Position numbers and translations under genes: made by a program
Shown: piece by piece, positions 12,594 to 25,300 of the stretch
Layout: every line of letters starts with the position of its first letter
Position numbering within the stretch: the first letter of the stretch is position 1
Source: Amphiscolops sp. MND2022
Lineage: Eukaryota
Reading direction: 5' to 3'
DNA: 60,000 nt
NCBI GenBank assembly: GCA_964187785.1
Contig: OZ076409.1
Span: 83,826,001 to 83,886,000, forward strand
The notes under the pieces: generated by a model
The model's database searches: none
The model's input: only the letters and a program-made list of their open reading frames with translations
Told to the model about the DNA's origin: nothing

Positions 12594-13637
12594 GAGTGCA
12601 TAGGCAAGCTTAATTTGCTCAAAGCGCAACACGGTGCTTTCAATACCTCGGATTCCACGACCATACCTTTAACCGTGCAAAATTGGCAAATTACGTCATA
12701 TGTCCCGGATTCCACGGATTTCGTCGTGGATTCCAGTAACAAATGCTTAGCTGTGCGCACTGTCGGCATGCCGCGGTGTCCCTGATTCCACAAAAACGTA
12801 AGTTTTGCAAAATGAACCAATCAGATTGCAGAAATCATATATTTCCTGGATTCCACGACTTTGTGCTTGACGCGATTCGCGGCATCTCTTCTTGAATTAA
12901 ATTCAAGTGGATGACTGAACAAACATAATATTATGCACTACTTTTCGTATATTAATTCAAAATGATTCAGACAATCACACCAATATCACACAAATTTTCG
13001 TATTTTTTGAAGTTTAGTCCAGTTTTGAACAAACTGCCAGATCATCACAATCTGCCATTACTTGATGACATGCTGCAAGTTTGGTACCAGTCATGGGTAT
13101 CTCTATTCGTACTTTGGGTTTTTTCGTGTCAATCAAAACAATTTCCATTGATATAAAATTGATTTAATTCAAGTTCTTTTGCCTTTCCAATAATAATCAT
13201 GCAAAATGAATACAATTATATTACAAATTACTCGTATTTTCAAAGTTTAGTACCAGTTTGAACAAACTGCCAGATCATCACAATCTGCCATTACTTGATG
13301 ACATGCTGCAAGTTTGGTACCAGTCATGGGTATCTCTATTCGTACTTTGGGTTTTTTCGTGTCAATCAAAACAATTTCCATTGATATAAAATTGATTTAA
13401 TTCAAGTTCTTCTGCCTTTCCAATAATGATCACTCAAAATAATCGGACCAATCAGAGAACAGCGGCAAAAGTGACATTATAGCAGCAGTATTGGCGTGGA
13501 ATCCAGGACAAGCACTGTCGTGGAATCCAAGACACGCTTAACATCAAAGAGAAATTTTGTCCTGGATTCCATGACTTTTCTCAATTTTCGTGTCCCGGAT
13601 TCCACGAAAAGCAGCAAAATAGCTTGCCTGGGCACTG
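12594..13637. mobile_element. Non-autonomous Tc1/mariner-like element nested in the hAT
   Basis: TA on both sides. Left TIR gAGTGCataGGCAAGCTtaaTTTGCT vs reverse complement of the right TIR CAGTGCCCAGGCAAGCTATTTTGCT. Many GGATTCCACG subterminal motifs. Internal direct repeat of ~175 bp with period 233 (~13024 and ~13257). Confidence 0.75.
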
Positions 13638-13735
13638 TAATGCATAGCCTCTCCAGCTTCGAGTGGAGACAAATTCCCGCCGCCATAGCGATGATCCAGA
13701 AGATTTGCTGCCAGAACTACTGGAAATATTGCCAT

Positions 13736-14113
13736 TTTTAGTCGGCGTTTTCTAAGAAAATCCCGACTCTTACAGTGACTAGTTTTTTTTGTCAGTTCAA
13801 CGCGTAACGTCCACTTTTTGTGCATTAAGGCAATTAATGCACATTTACTAATTTTTACCATATGTACTTAGTACTTCATTTTCAACGCATCCAAAGCGTC
13901 TAACATGAGATAAAAAGCGTCCCCCCTTTTACATTTTTCGGCACTATGCGACTTACCGGAAACTTCGAAAAAAAATTCAAAAAAAATTCGGAAATTTTTT
14001 TCTCAATTTTTAGTTTTTTGAGAGCTTTTGTTGTCTCCAGTTGTAGAAAAAGTGGTTTTCGAGTCTTTTTGAGCCTTAGATATGGCGCTGACTTGGGCCG
14101 TTCCCGGCTTGTT
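13736..14113 (+). mobile_element. HINE/DINE-1-like element, copy 3, inserted in the hAT transposase
   Basis: TTTTAGTCGGCG start, ...GAGCCTTAGATATGGCGCTGACTTGGGCCGTTCCCGGCTTGTT end. Inserted in a T-run between the codons for FLEKR and KMAIF, with no distinguishable TSD. Confidence 0.75.
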
Positions 14114-14743
14114 CTTTTTTCCAGAAACTCAGGCGTTTCCTGACTGATCTTCTTCCAAATTTCATAACTCTCGCCAATAGTGCAGTCATCACTTTGAAAT
14201 CTGCCCAACGCATTTCCAAGAGGTTTTAAGAAGGTAATAGCATCACCAGCAACGGTTTCAATTTTTTGAAAAAGCCAAATTTGGTCTTTTCGACCCATTT
14301 CAACCTGAAAAAGATGATTGCACGTAAATTGTTTTAAACAATGTTTTTATGGGTGTTTTAAAACATGTTTTTATGGGTGTTTTAAAACATGTTTTATTGG
14401 TATGTGTTTTAAAACATGACAACCTTGCATCGATGATAAAGTTTGTTCATTGTCGCTGAATTTAATTCAATTGATCACGACTTCGGATTCTGTCAGAACT
14501 CTGACTCAAAGGAAACAGACTTGAATGTTCGCTCTATTACGACTTTGCTTTTCTCTGAAGTTTGCTGGTATTAAAGTAAAGCTCTTGTCTTCAAATAGAA
14601 CTTTGATCCCTGCTGGAATGCTTTCATCATATTGATTTTAGGGTTTACAATGCAAATCAACCACGTTAATGGAAATTCAATGGGAATTTCGATATCAACT
14701 GAAACTGTTTCGAGATAGCATTTAGAGAAAGGTTACAATTGAA

Positions 14744-16514
14744 ATGGCATCGACTTGCTACCGCTCCCTGAGGCTGAAGAGGTGGTGGAGTTTCAGAACT
14801 AAACTTGGGAATGTGATCACAATAGCTTTGACAACTTTCATAGCTTCGCTCGTGGTCTGTGAGTGGCTCATATTCGAAGTTGCGATCAGTTTTTGCTCTT
14901 TTCCAGTTCTATACAACCACACCACAGGTTATTCTCATCACTGTTTTGTTTTTCATTAGTCCACAAACAAATTTAGCCAGGAGTTATCAGATTTTTTGTT
15001 TAAATGTCGGTTTGATGTTAGGCATCTTCAACTGAGTTCTCCATCAATATGTTCCATCAACCAACGTAGACCCACAAAACGAAATGCCAAATGTATTTGA
15101 ATTTCAAGATTACCGACGTAATAGAGCGTAATTGTGCATTCATAGGAACCAAATCAGACAATGCTTTGAATGCCATGCTACTTGGAGACTTGCATATGTA
15201 TGGATCCTACAGAGGCCATTGGGCTGACAGGATTAAACGTGAGTCGCAAATGAGAACTGCTTTCCGCGCTGCTGTGCGTCAGATGAGGCCTGACGTTATT
15301 TTCTTCTTGGGAGACTCTCTGGACGAAGGCAAGTGGGCCGATAACTCGATGTTTGGAAAAGTCACTCGGCGTTTCAATCGCTACTTCCGCGATTATGTTC
15401 TCTCCTTCAACGAGGCAATGGAAATGTTCGTTTTAACCGGCAATCACGACATTGGGTTCCATTACGATATGAGTTATTTCAAGGTCAGTTTTTTCAAGAT
15501 GTTTCGAAATAGAAAATCTAAACTGCAAAACTTTCAAAAATTAAATCCGATGTTGTTTGAAAGATCGTTGTTCTGGTGCTTTTGAAAATTTTTAGAAAAT
15601 GTTTTGAGTCTGTTGCCTTTCGCTCTGGAAGCCATAGAGATTGCCAGAAGTGTTTGGCAGACATACTTTCAGCGTATATTTATGTTCGAAAAAATTCGAA
15701 ACTGTCGATTTAGGCAAGGAATGTTCTGAAGAAAGTGCAACTATGATTGGGTTTTCAGGTAAAGCGGTTCGAGGAAAATTTCAACTCGACGCTTGTGAAG
15801 CTTGTGGTGAAAAAAGGGATTCCCTTTCTTATGCTGAATAGTGTAACAATGAAAAACGATTCTTGCCATATTTGTCTTGAAACGATGCGAAATTTGAAAG
15901 TAGCCAAACAACTCCTGGGATGTCTAGCGAACCCAATTGACCATAAATGTCAAAATTTACTTGCTAGCCATAATATCAAACTTGGAGTGAACGAAAAAGT
16001 TAACCCGAATCCTATCATGCTGCAACATTTCCCGCTGTTCCGCAAAAACGAGTCAAAGTGTTCTGAAGCTGACTGGATGAGCATGAACTTGAACGTGAGC
16101 GCCGTGCTGAAACAAGATTGGGATGTTTTGTCGGAAAAAGTTTCACACAATCTATTTTCAATATTGAAACCTCGTCTTGCTTTCAGCGCCCATTCCCACT
16201 ATTACTGTAAATATTTTCACAATTTTACTACCTCCAAGGGTATCAACGAACAAAAAACAACGTTGGAAGAAGTGACAATCAATTCATTCTCATGGAAAAA
16301 CAACGACAACTCTCATTTTTTGTTGTTGTCTGTAAATGCCGATCAATATGATTATCAAATTTGTAGTCTGCCTAGAGAAACCTTCCAAATTTTTCTCTAT
16401 TTTGTTTTTTGGTGCTTTGCATTTGTGTGTATCAGAAAGAGGTTGAAAAACCCCAATGCAAGTTTCTCTCCATTTCTGTGGCCTCGGGGGAAGAATAAAA
16501 CGGTCGCTCATTAG
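14744..16514 (+). CDS. MPPE1: Metallophosphoesterase 1 (MPPE1/PGAP5)-like, join(14744..14927,15146..15483,15759..16514), ~425 aa
   Basis: GT-AG introns with consistent phases (1, then 0). Calcineurin-like motifs GDLH, LGDSLDEG, GNHDIGFHY, LQHFPL, SAHSH. N- and C-terminal hydrophobic TM segments as in MPPE1. Confidence 0.85.
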
Positions 16515-17315
16515 TTCCATTGATTTCATTTCCGAAGCCAGAACGAAAGCAACAATTATGATATTCAGCCAACCTTGTATGCCCACCTCAATCATACAAG
16601 CTGTGGAATCTGCTCGCTGATCAACATATCATCCATGTGAACCTAGAAAGTATTCAATTGTCTTCTTATCGATCTCAATTCTTGACTGATTTTTAAAATT
16701 TGTTTTTGTAAATTAAACTATTTTTGATTACCAGGAATTGCCATATATCGATTTATATACCACTAAATTTTCCCCAATATAGCTTCTATCATGATAGTTT
16801 TGAAGCTGAGAAATTCAATCGAGGACCTTATTTCTTGCTCCCGCCAAAACTGCAGCACAAAGAATTAGATGTAAGATTCGGTTCAAGAGGTGCAGTGACA
16901 CTGCGATATTTTTATACTTTTTTGGAAGGCCTTTGGAAAAAAATACGTAACTTAAGAAACTTCAATTATTTGAAAACAAAAAAAGCAACGGAATAGTCTC
17001 AACGTTGATGCCTTTAGTGATATGAAAGCCAGCTCACTTATTAATATTTCTGCTTTAGCAGGAATATTATTGTAACCTCAAACTTTCTACTTTTTTTCAG
17101 AACAATTTTTGTCGTGATACTGAATAATTCAGATATTTTGTTCGGCAGTGACTGTAAGCGTGGGAAAGCTGCCGACAACAATTCAATTCTAGTGCGATGG
17201 AACGAGCGAGTGGTAATTATCCATTCGTATGCTGACGTCATTGAGATGAAGCGAGCGAATGTTCGTAATTGTGCTTTCGTTGCCCCGAGCTATTGAGATG
17301 AAGCGAATGAGTGTT

Positions 17316-17676
17316 AGTAGTTAAGATTTCCGCCGGCCTTTCAACGGGGGGGGGGGGGGGGTCCTCAGTTTTCACGGGGTGGGTACTTGCTCTGAAATTT
17401 TAGGACCTATCCCTAAAAGGAAGGGGTCCTTCCAAATTGGTGTTCGGAAATACTTCGGCTTTTGACTACGAAAGTAAATTATTGGTCGGATTCTTTTTGT
17501 ATTCGTTTTTTGGATTCTTTTTGTATTCGTTTTTGGAATCGGATTTTTGCGAAAGTACATGTAAAAGCGTAGACACTCTTGTTTATTCTTTGAATGCCTG
17601 AAAGTTTGGAAAGTACTAACCTTGAAATTTTGTTGTAATTGAATTGTAAAGCTGGATTGACTAATACTGGTACAAC
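17316..17676 (+). repeat. Polinton left TIR (361 bp)
   Basis: Reverse complement of 38014-38369 with about 6 substitutions by eye and a G16 vs G11 run. Contains a ~24-bp tandem GGATTCTTTTTGTATTCGTTTTT(T). Confidence 0.95.
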
Positions 17677-17996
17677 TTTCTTGTAAATAAAGGGAGTGGT
17701 ATTTCCAACTTTCTTATCTGTATGAACACTTAATATTATTAGGAATAGTAATATGCGTTCCTCCAAATGTAGTGGTAGCGGTGTTCTTATTTCTACCTGT
17801 AAAATATCTTAACTTCCCAACAAATTCGTTTTGAATCTACATGTTGTTGCTAACCCCTGACCTACCCAAGTTAAATTTAATATAACTGTAAACCACCATT
17901 CTTCGTTTCAACTCTTGTTTGAAAACAAAATGAATTTCACAAATTCAAGCTTTATTATGCTGTTAACGTTATACAAAGAAAAATTAGTGAATGATA

Positions 17997-20900
17997 TTAC
18001 TGTAATTCATTATCAATATAAAATTTGACTTTTTTCTGAGGAGGGGGACCACGGGTGGGAACTTCCACTGCTTCACAGTCTAAAAATACATTTGGTTGGG
18101 TATTGGGTAAGTCTTCTTCGAAATCAGACAACTCTGTTAGGTCAATAACGTCTGGTAATTCACTTTCTTCTATTGCATCTTGATTAAGTCCAGGGTCGGG
18201 TGGGGAAAATAAAGCTGGTTGGTTGGAGTTTGACTGTATCGGTGACTGAATAAAGTCCTCCTCCTCGTCCCCCCAATCGCAATCCGCCCCAATTTCTCTG
18301 AATATTACGTCGTCTCGCAAAGAATAATGTCCAAAAGGTAAGGTATCAACGCCGTTTGGCATTATATATCTTTTATCGTCAAAACAGCTTAGAGAAATTT
18401 TTGTCGTCTGCAAGGTAAACAGATTATGTCTTTCACTATTTATTGTGTAGTTTAATGTTCTAAGTAGTGTTTCTTTTTCGAGAATTCGATAAAATACAGA
18501 GTGTTGTAGGTTCTTTTGTGCATGTTTGGTGGTTCCTTTTGCAGAAATTTTTTGTTGATCACCCATCGCGATTGAATACAATTTTGATTTTAGTGCAACA
18601 ATGCTGTGTATGATTTTACCACCAACTTCGTCTTTGAATTTCAAAGTTTCCAACTTTTGATGTTTGGAATATAGTTGATTATCTTCTTTATAGTTTGAAA
18701 AGTCAAACTCTGGCTGCACTTGTTCGTTTTCTTTGAGGTCAGCGTATATGTCTTCCGATTCGATTTCATAAATTAGGGAATCTGTATCGGAGTAGAGCAC
18801 TAATGTTCGGAAGTTTGGTTTCATGTACATGTAATGAAACCAGTACATATGCCGTTTAGATAAATCCAAGATGGTAGCGCCGACTATCGTTGGCTTGTCC
18901 CAGTAAATTTTGCGCTGTGCAAACGTTATGGCAGCCAACTGGTTGTTGAAAATCTTGAACGTTTCCATCCACATTTTGCTTGTTTGCTTTTGCAACTCAT
19001 CTTGCGTGCGGACAATCTCAATGGACAATCGTTTTCTTTTACTTTCCATGGTTTTACCAAAAGCAGAGTTGCTCATTAGTTTGAAAAAGTTTTCTTCAAA
19101 CTTGTTTGTAGACGCTTTTCGTTTCATTGTGTTTAACTGTATATATGGCTGAAGCCATTTTGACTGTTCAAATTGCAACACTCTATGTACTTTGGTAACT
19201 TGTAACCCCAGTTCACAGTATAATTTCAATGTCATGTAATGTATAGTATAATTGGTTTTGTCGTAGAGTGTTTGGATCAACTTTTTGTTTTTTGTTGAAA
19301 AGGTCTTTGTTCCACTCATTTCCAGCAATCGTGTTTGATATTCACCGAGCCAAAAAAAAATTGTTTCCTTCGTAGGAGCCAAAGGGAAATCAGTGTGTAA
19401 ATCGTGCAAATGATCAGGATAATGCAAGTCAACTTCCAATACATATCCAACTGGTGAGTCATTTGGAGTATTTAGTATTTCTTGTAGGTCAACTTCGCCT
19501 TCTCTTTTCAATACAAAGTTTTTTAAAGGCAAGGGGAACTTTTCCATGATTCCTCCATACAAGTTGTTTGCATCAATAAACAACCCAAATGTTTGCTTCT
19601 GTGAAGAGTTGTATGTTGGTAGATATTTGTTATTTGCTTCAAATTTGCGTTTTGCAAACACGGAAGAAATTCCTCCGCGGATTAGGTTTTCAGCAACTTC
19701 AAGGTGTTCTCGATTAGTTAGTAATTCGATATCTGCGTTGCACACTTTAAGGAAGGCTTCACCGGACAAATTTGACGCAGTATAAAAATGAGCACAATCC
19801 AGTCCGTAAGTTGCATAACACACTCAACTAAACTCTTCGAATACCGAGGCCAAAATCAAAACATCGGTGTGTAAATATAAATCGTGATAGTGACCTAGTG
19901 TTTTGCAATCAAACTCTTGTTATACAAGACTGGCATGTTGTAAATCCTGATCACTAATTGTGACTTCACCCCCTGCGAGAGTGTTTTTCCAAAACTCTTT
20001 TGGGGGAAGCTTTTCCTCGGCAAATTTATCGAAACTGTCCATGTATGAATAGGGATAAACACCTTTCCTTTTCAGCAAGTCAATTTGCGACGGTGTTTTG
20101 TATGTATTGAATTGACTCTCCAGATAAATGAATTTATCCTGTGGTAAGAAACCCGCCAGTTTATCTAGTGACTGGGGCATGAACTTGAAAGAGTCCAAGA
20201 ATCGCATGTCTTCATATACATTTTTTGTCATTCCATTCTTGTCAGTATATGAGTTTACCCACACAGAAAATGTGAAGGAAATGTACTTTTCGTCAGTTGT
20301 AGGAATAACTGAAAACTTGTTCTTTGGATTACAATTGTTGATTGCCGAACAAATGTGGTGTATATCATATCCAGCCATGTTGTGTGCTCTCACGGGTGAA
20401 GTTTATTGACTTCCTTTGTAGATTACATTCTGAATGTGCCCACCCTAGGAATGTACCACTGTAATGACAATGGTCCAACACTTTCTGCTCGTCATTCGTG
20501 AAAGGTTTTTTACAAATCCAACAATCATTTACAGTGTCTTTGTGCGTCGAAGGCTTGCCCTTGTAAATTCGGTGACTTTGTTTTCTATGATAAATGTCTG
20601 TTGCCAATTTTTCCAATTCTTTTATTAAATCGTCCAAGCAATCGGGACCTCGCATGATTCTGTAAGACAAAACTTTATCATTTCCATGTTCTACAATTAC
20701 AAAAGCATAACCACAAGGCACATGTTTTTCCAACTTTACTTGACTGCTAATACTGGGTGAAGGAGCGCATGTAGATAAAGGCACTAGGAGCGCTTCAGTA
20801 TCAAGGTAAATAACCAGTGGAACAAACCAAACTGCTCTTGTATTTTTGAATTGATGTATGTTTTTATGCTCATCGGGTAAAATGATCGCCGCGGCCTCGT

Positions 20901-22158
20901 TTTCGTAACAGTTGAGCTTGTGTATTTCGAAACTCCCGGTTGAACTACAAATATGAAAACAGTTTCTGCAAATTTCATCCCTCGATCTACTTTGTTTATT
21001 TTTCAAAAAGTTTACAAAATGTTTCAAATCAGTAATCAGTACGTAGTGATGAGAACCTCCTTCTGACAACAATAAAAGATCCATGATAAAGTCACTAGGG
21101 AATTTAGAGACTCTGAGAGGTAACAAATCTTTCTTCTCCAATATAAACACATTGACTTGGACTTTGTTGAGTTTTTCGAATCGTTCAAGTTCATGAAACG
21201 GCATTGGCATCCGAAAGTTGCCTGCATGCTTTTTTGCCAGAGGATTATATGTAGGATTATAAGTGCCTGGGTTTGTTTTGCAGCGCCACGAACTTGTTTC
21301 AATCAATGGTATGTCTGTGTGCAAGTGGTAAGCGGCCGTATAACAATATATAAAGCAATTCTCATCTTCAATGTTCCGAATATTGAGTAGTGACCTACAA
21401 CCTTGAAGTTTATTTGGAAGTGCGATGTAAGAGCTACCCCGAATGGGAGAATAGGATGTAAATTTAACAAAAAGGTTTTTAATTTCGTACAAAATCCACC
21501 CACTTCCTTGGGATGCAAAAGTAAATAAAGCTGAAGTAAGTTGTTCTATCAATTGATAATAGTCGTTGTCTGTGATCCCATAAAAGTAAACTGGTTGCAA
21601 CTTTGTGTTGGTATAAATTGTGATTGTCTCTTGAGAGTCATCATCAACTTTCGGTTTAACTAACTTCAATTCAGTTGTTAATTGAAATTTCTTGGGTCCA
21701 TTGCGACATTTTTCTCTAATAAGGTTTTGTATTTGATTTTTTTCCTTACAAAGTAGTTCGAATAAATCAATTGATGTGATCCTTCGCTTGAGTTGATACG
21801 TTTCCAATGATCCCCAAAAGGCTTTTTCCACCTGTTGATAACCGGTCATTCTTTCGATGTTGTCATTTTCGCGGGGTGTAAATATTGTTGGTAAACCATG
21901 ATCATGCTCAAGATGATACGAGTATTTCATAGCTTCACCGTAAACTATGTTGCAATAAAGGCAATGTCTTACTATTATATGTCCATGTTTTTGTAAAAAA
22001 TGTTGTTTCATCGTAACCAGAGAAGTGTTTTGAAAATCACAATCGGAGCAAGCAAAAGGTTGAACTTTGGGTTGTGTGTTGTGTATATTTTGCTTGTGCC
22101 GACGCAAATTTCTCAAAGAACTATATGTTTTTAGACAAAGATCACACTCCACACCCAT
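17997..22158 (-). pseudogene. Protein-primed family B DNA polymerase (pPolB), disrupted
   Basis: Likely ATG 22158. Three C2H2 fingers, then YSPIRGSSYIALP..NIRNIEDENCF..HHYVL, ExoI YLDTE, endonuclease-VII-like CWIC..DHCH..AHSECN, ExoII HNMAGYD, Exo[12 protein letters not shown], palm DANNLYG / KLMSNSAFGK / YSDTDS. Frameshift at ~20393 and in-frame stops at 19920-19922 and 19824-19826. AATAAA on the minus strand at ~17951. Confidence 0.95.
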
Positions 22159-22369
22159 TTTGGAAAGTCGAGTGTTCCTCAATGTTGAGATTGAGAAAAT
22201 GTTTTTGCACTTCGCTCCGATCAATTAAGGAGGTGATTACCATTTATGGTATCCCGAGCAACTGAATTCTTTGAATTCTGATTCGACCACCTTTTACGGT
22301 ATTCCAGGCGCCATGTTTTTTCCAGGAAATTTGTATGCATGTTCGACTAACTTTTTTTGTTTCCGTATA

Positions 22370-25300
22370 TTGACTGCTGGGCATTATAGGGGGGGGGGGG
22401 GGAGGAACGGGAATTTTTTTCATTTTTTCAAAAAGGTCAAATTTTCCATGCACCCCCCTTTTTCGAATTTCATTTTTTCAAAATCGTCTTGCGCACCTAC
22501 CTGCAAATTTTCAGACCGATCCGACCAACAGTTTTTGAGAAAATTGACATTTTTTGTCAAAAAATGGCATTTTAAAAAAATGCATTTTTCGGTCAAAATC
22601 TCAACACTCGGTAAAGCTAGCGCCCTGCGGTTTTCACCAGCGTTTTCAGCGTCCTCTTTTCTAGTTGTGTGCCAAATTTTGGCTCCGAAACTTTTTTCAA
22701 TGTTGAGAAATGTTTGTTTTTTTGACCGAAAATGATCAAAAATTGAGTTTAAAAAATGTTCAAAATCTCGTAAACTACGCGACTTTTAAAATTTACTTCT
22801 GTGGAAAAGTCTTGTAAATTTTTCACAAACTCAACTCTCAAATTTGGTTTCTAAACAACTTTGACTGCTTGAACAATCAAATTTCGCCTATAATAGAGGA
22901 GTGCAAAGTGAATTTTTCCATTTTTCACAAAAATCAAAATTTCCATGCACCCCCCTTTTTCGAATTTCATTTTTTCGAAATCGTCTTGCGCACCTACCTG
23001 CAAATTTTCAGACCGATCCGACCAACAGTTTTTGAGAAAATTGACATTTTTTGTCAAAAAATGGCATTTTAAAAAAAAATGCATTTTTTGGTCAAAATCT
23101 CAACACTCGGTAAAGCTAGCGCCCTGCGGTTTTCACCAGCGTTTTCAGCGTCCTCTTTTCTAGTTGTGTGCCAAATTTTGGCTCCGAAACTTTTTTCAAT
23201 GTTGAGAAATGTTTGTTTTTTTGACCGAAAATGATCAAAAATTGAGTTTAAAAAATGTTCAAAATCTCGTAAACTACGCGACTTTTGAAATTTTTTCCTG
23301 TGGAAAAGTCTTGTAAATTTTTCACAAACTCAACTCTCAAATTTGGTTTCTAAACAACTTTGACTGCTTGAACAATCAATTTTCGCCTATAATAGAGGAG
23401 TGCAAAGTGAATTTTTCCATTTTTTCAAAAAAATCAAAATTTCCATGCACCCCCAATTTTCGAATTTCATTTTTTCGAAATCGTCTTGCGCACCTACCTG
23501 CAAATTTTCAGACCGATCCGACCAACAGTTTTTGAGAAAATTGACATTTTTTGTCAAAAAATGGCATTTTAAAAAAATGCATTTTTTGGTCAAAATCTCA
23601 ACACTCGGTAAAGCTAGCGCCCTGCGGTTTTCACCAGCGTTTTCAGCGTCCTTTTTTCTAGTTGTGTGCCAAATTTTGGCTCCGAAACTTTTTTCAATGT
23701 TGAGAAATGTTTGTTTTTTTGACCGAAAATGATCAAAAATTGAGTTTAAAAAATGTTCAAAATCTCGTAAACTACGCGACTTTTGAAATTTACTTCTGTG
23801 GAAAAGTCTTGTAAATTTTTCACAAACTCAACTCTCAAATTTGGTTTCTAAACAACTTTGACTGCTTGAACAATCAAATTTCGCCTATAATAGAGGAGTG
23901 CAAAGTGAATTTTTCCATTTTTCAAAAAAATCAAAATTTCCATGCACCCCCCTTTTTCGAATTTCATTTTTTCGAAATCGTCTTGCGCACCTACCTGCAA
24001 ATTTTCAGACCGATCCGACCAACAGTTTTTGAGAAAATTGACATTTTTTGTCAAAAAATGGCATTTTAAAAAAAAATGCATTTTTTGGTCAAAATCTCAA
24101 CACTCGGTAAAGCTAGCGCCCTGCGGTTTTCACCAGCGTTTTCAGCGTCCTCTTTTCTAGTTGTGTGCCAAATTTTGGCTCCGAAACTTTTTTCAATGTT
24201 GAGAAATGTTTGTTTTTTTGACCGAAAATGATCAAAAATTGAGTTTAAAAAATGTTCAAAATCTCGTAAACTACGCGACTTTTGAAATTTACTCCTGTGG
24301 AAAAGTCTTGTAAATTTTTCACAAACTCAACTCTCAAATTTGGTTTCTAAACAACTTTGACTGCTTGAACAATCAATTTTCGCCTATAATAGAGGAGTGC
24401 AAAGTGAATTTTTCCATTTTTTCAAAAAAATCAAAATTTCCATGCACCCCCAATTTTCGAATTTCATTTTTTCGAAATCGTCTTGCGCACCTACCTGCAA
24501 ATTTTTAGACCGATCCGACCAACAGTTTTTGAGAAAATTGACATTTTTTGTCAAAAAATGGCATTTTAAAAAAAATGCATTTTTTGGTCAAAATCTCAAC
24601 ACTCGGTAAAGCTAGCGCCCTGCGGTTTTCACCAGCGTTTTCAGCGTCCTTTTTTCTAGTTGTGTGCCAAATTTTGGCTCCGAAACTTTTTTCAATGTTG
24701 AGAAATGTTTGTTTTTTTGACCGAAAATGATCAAAAATTGAGTTTAAAAAATGTTCAAAATCTCGTAAACTACGCGACTTTTGAAATTTACTTCTGTGGA
24801 AAAGTCTTGTAAATTTTTCACAAACTCAACTCTCAAATTTGGTTTCTAAACAACTTTGACTGCTTGAACAATCAAATTTCGCCTATAATAGAGGAGTGCA
24901 AAGTGAATTTTTCCATTTTTCAAAAAAATCAAAATTTCCATGCACCCCCTTTTTCGAATTTCATTTTTTCGAAATCGTCTTGCGCACCTACCTGCAAATT
25001 TTCAGACCGATCCGACCAACAGTTTTTGAGAAAATTGACATTTTTTGTCAAAAAATGGCATTTTAAAAAAAATGCATTTTTGGTCAAAATCTCAACACTC
25101 GGTAAAGCTAGCGCCCTGCGGTTTTCACCAGCGTTTTCAGCGTCCTCTTTTCTAGTTGTGTGCCAAATTTTGGCTCCGAAACTTTTTTCAATGTTGAGAA
25201 ATGTTTGTTTTTTTGACCGAAAATGATCAAAAATTGAGTTTAAAAAATGTTCAAAATCTCGTAAACTACGCGACTTTTGAAATTTACTCCTGTGGAAAAG

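Larger units (their letters stand above)
12245..14298 (-). pseudogene. hAT transposase C-terminal part in three pieces (~14114-14298, ~13640-13735, ~12245-12590)
   Basis: FLKPLGNALGRFQSDDCTIGESYEIW / MAIFPVVLAANLLDHRYGG / SSAGLERQFS...LRNNLDAQKAGKMAFLYRQL (hAT dimerisation-domain motif). The pieces become collinear once the two inserts are removed. Confidence 0.8.
12126..14427 (-). mobile_element. Internally deleted hAT transposon with two nested insertions
   Basis: TIRs CAGGGTTGTCA / TGACAACCTTG. Perfect 8-bp TSD CATCGATG (12118-12125, 14428-14435). Subterminal AAAACATGTTTTTATGGGTGTTTT repeats. Transposase fragments inside. Confidence 0.9.

Noticed and set aside
12591..12820. N-terminal half of the 191-aa ORF as transposase
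   Set aside because: It lies within the Tc1-like insert. Only the part after ~VTYIGEID is hAT-derived.
17372..17766. ORFs in the TIRs (mirrored at 37822-38407)
   Set aside because: Short, low-complexity products of TIR repeats with no motifs.
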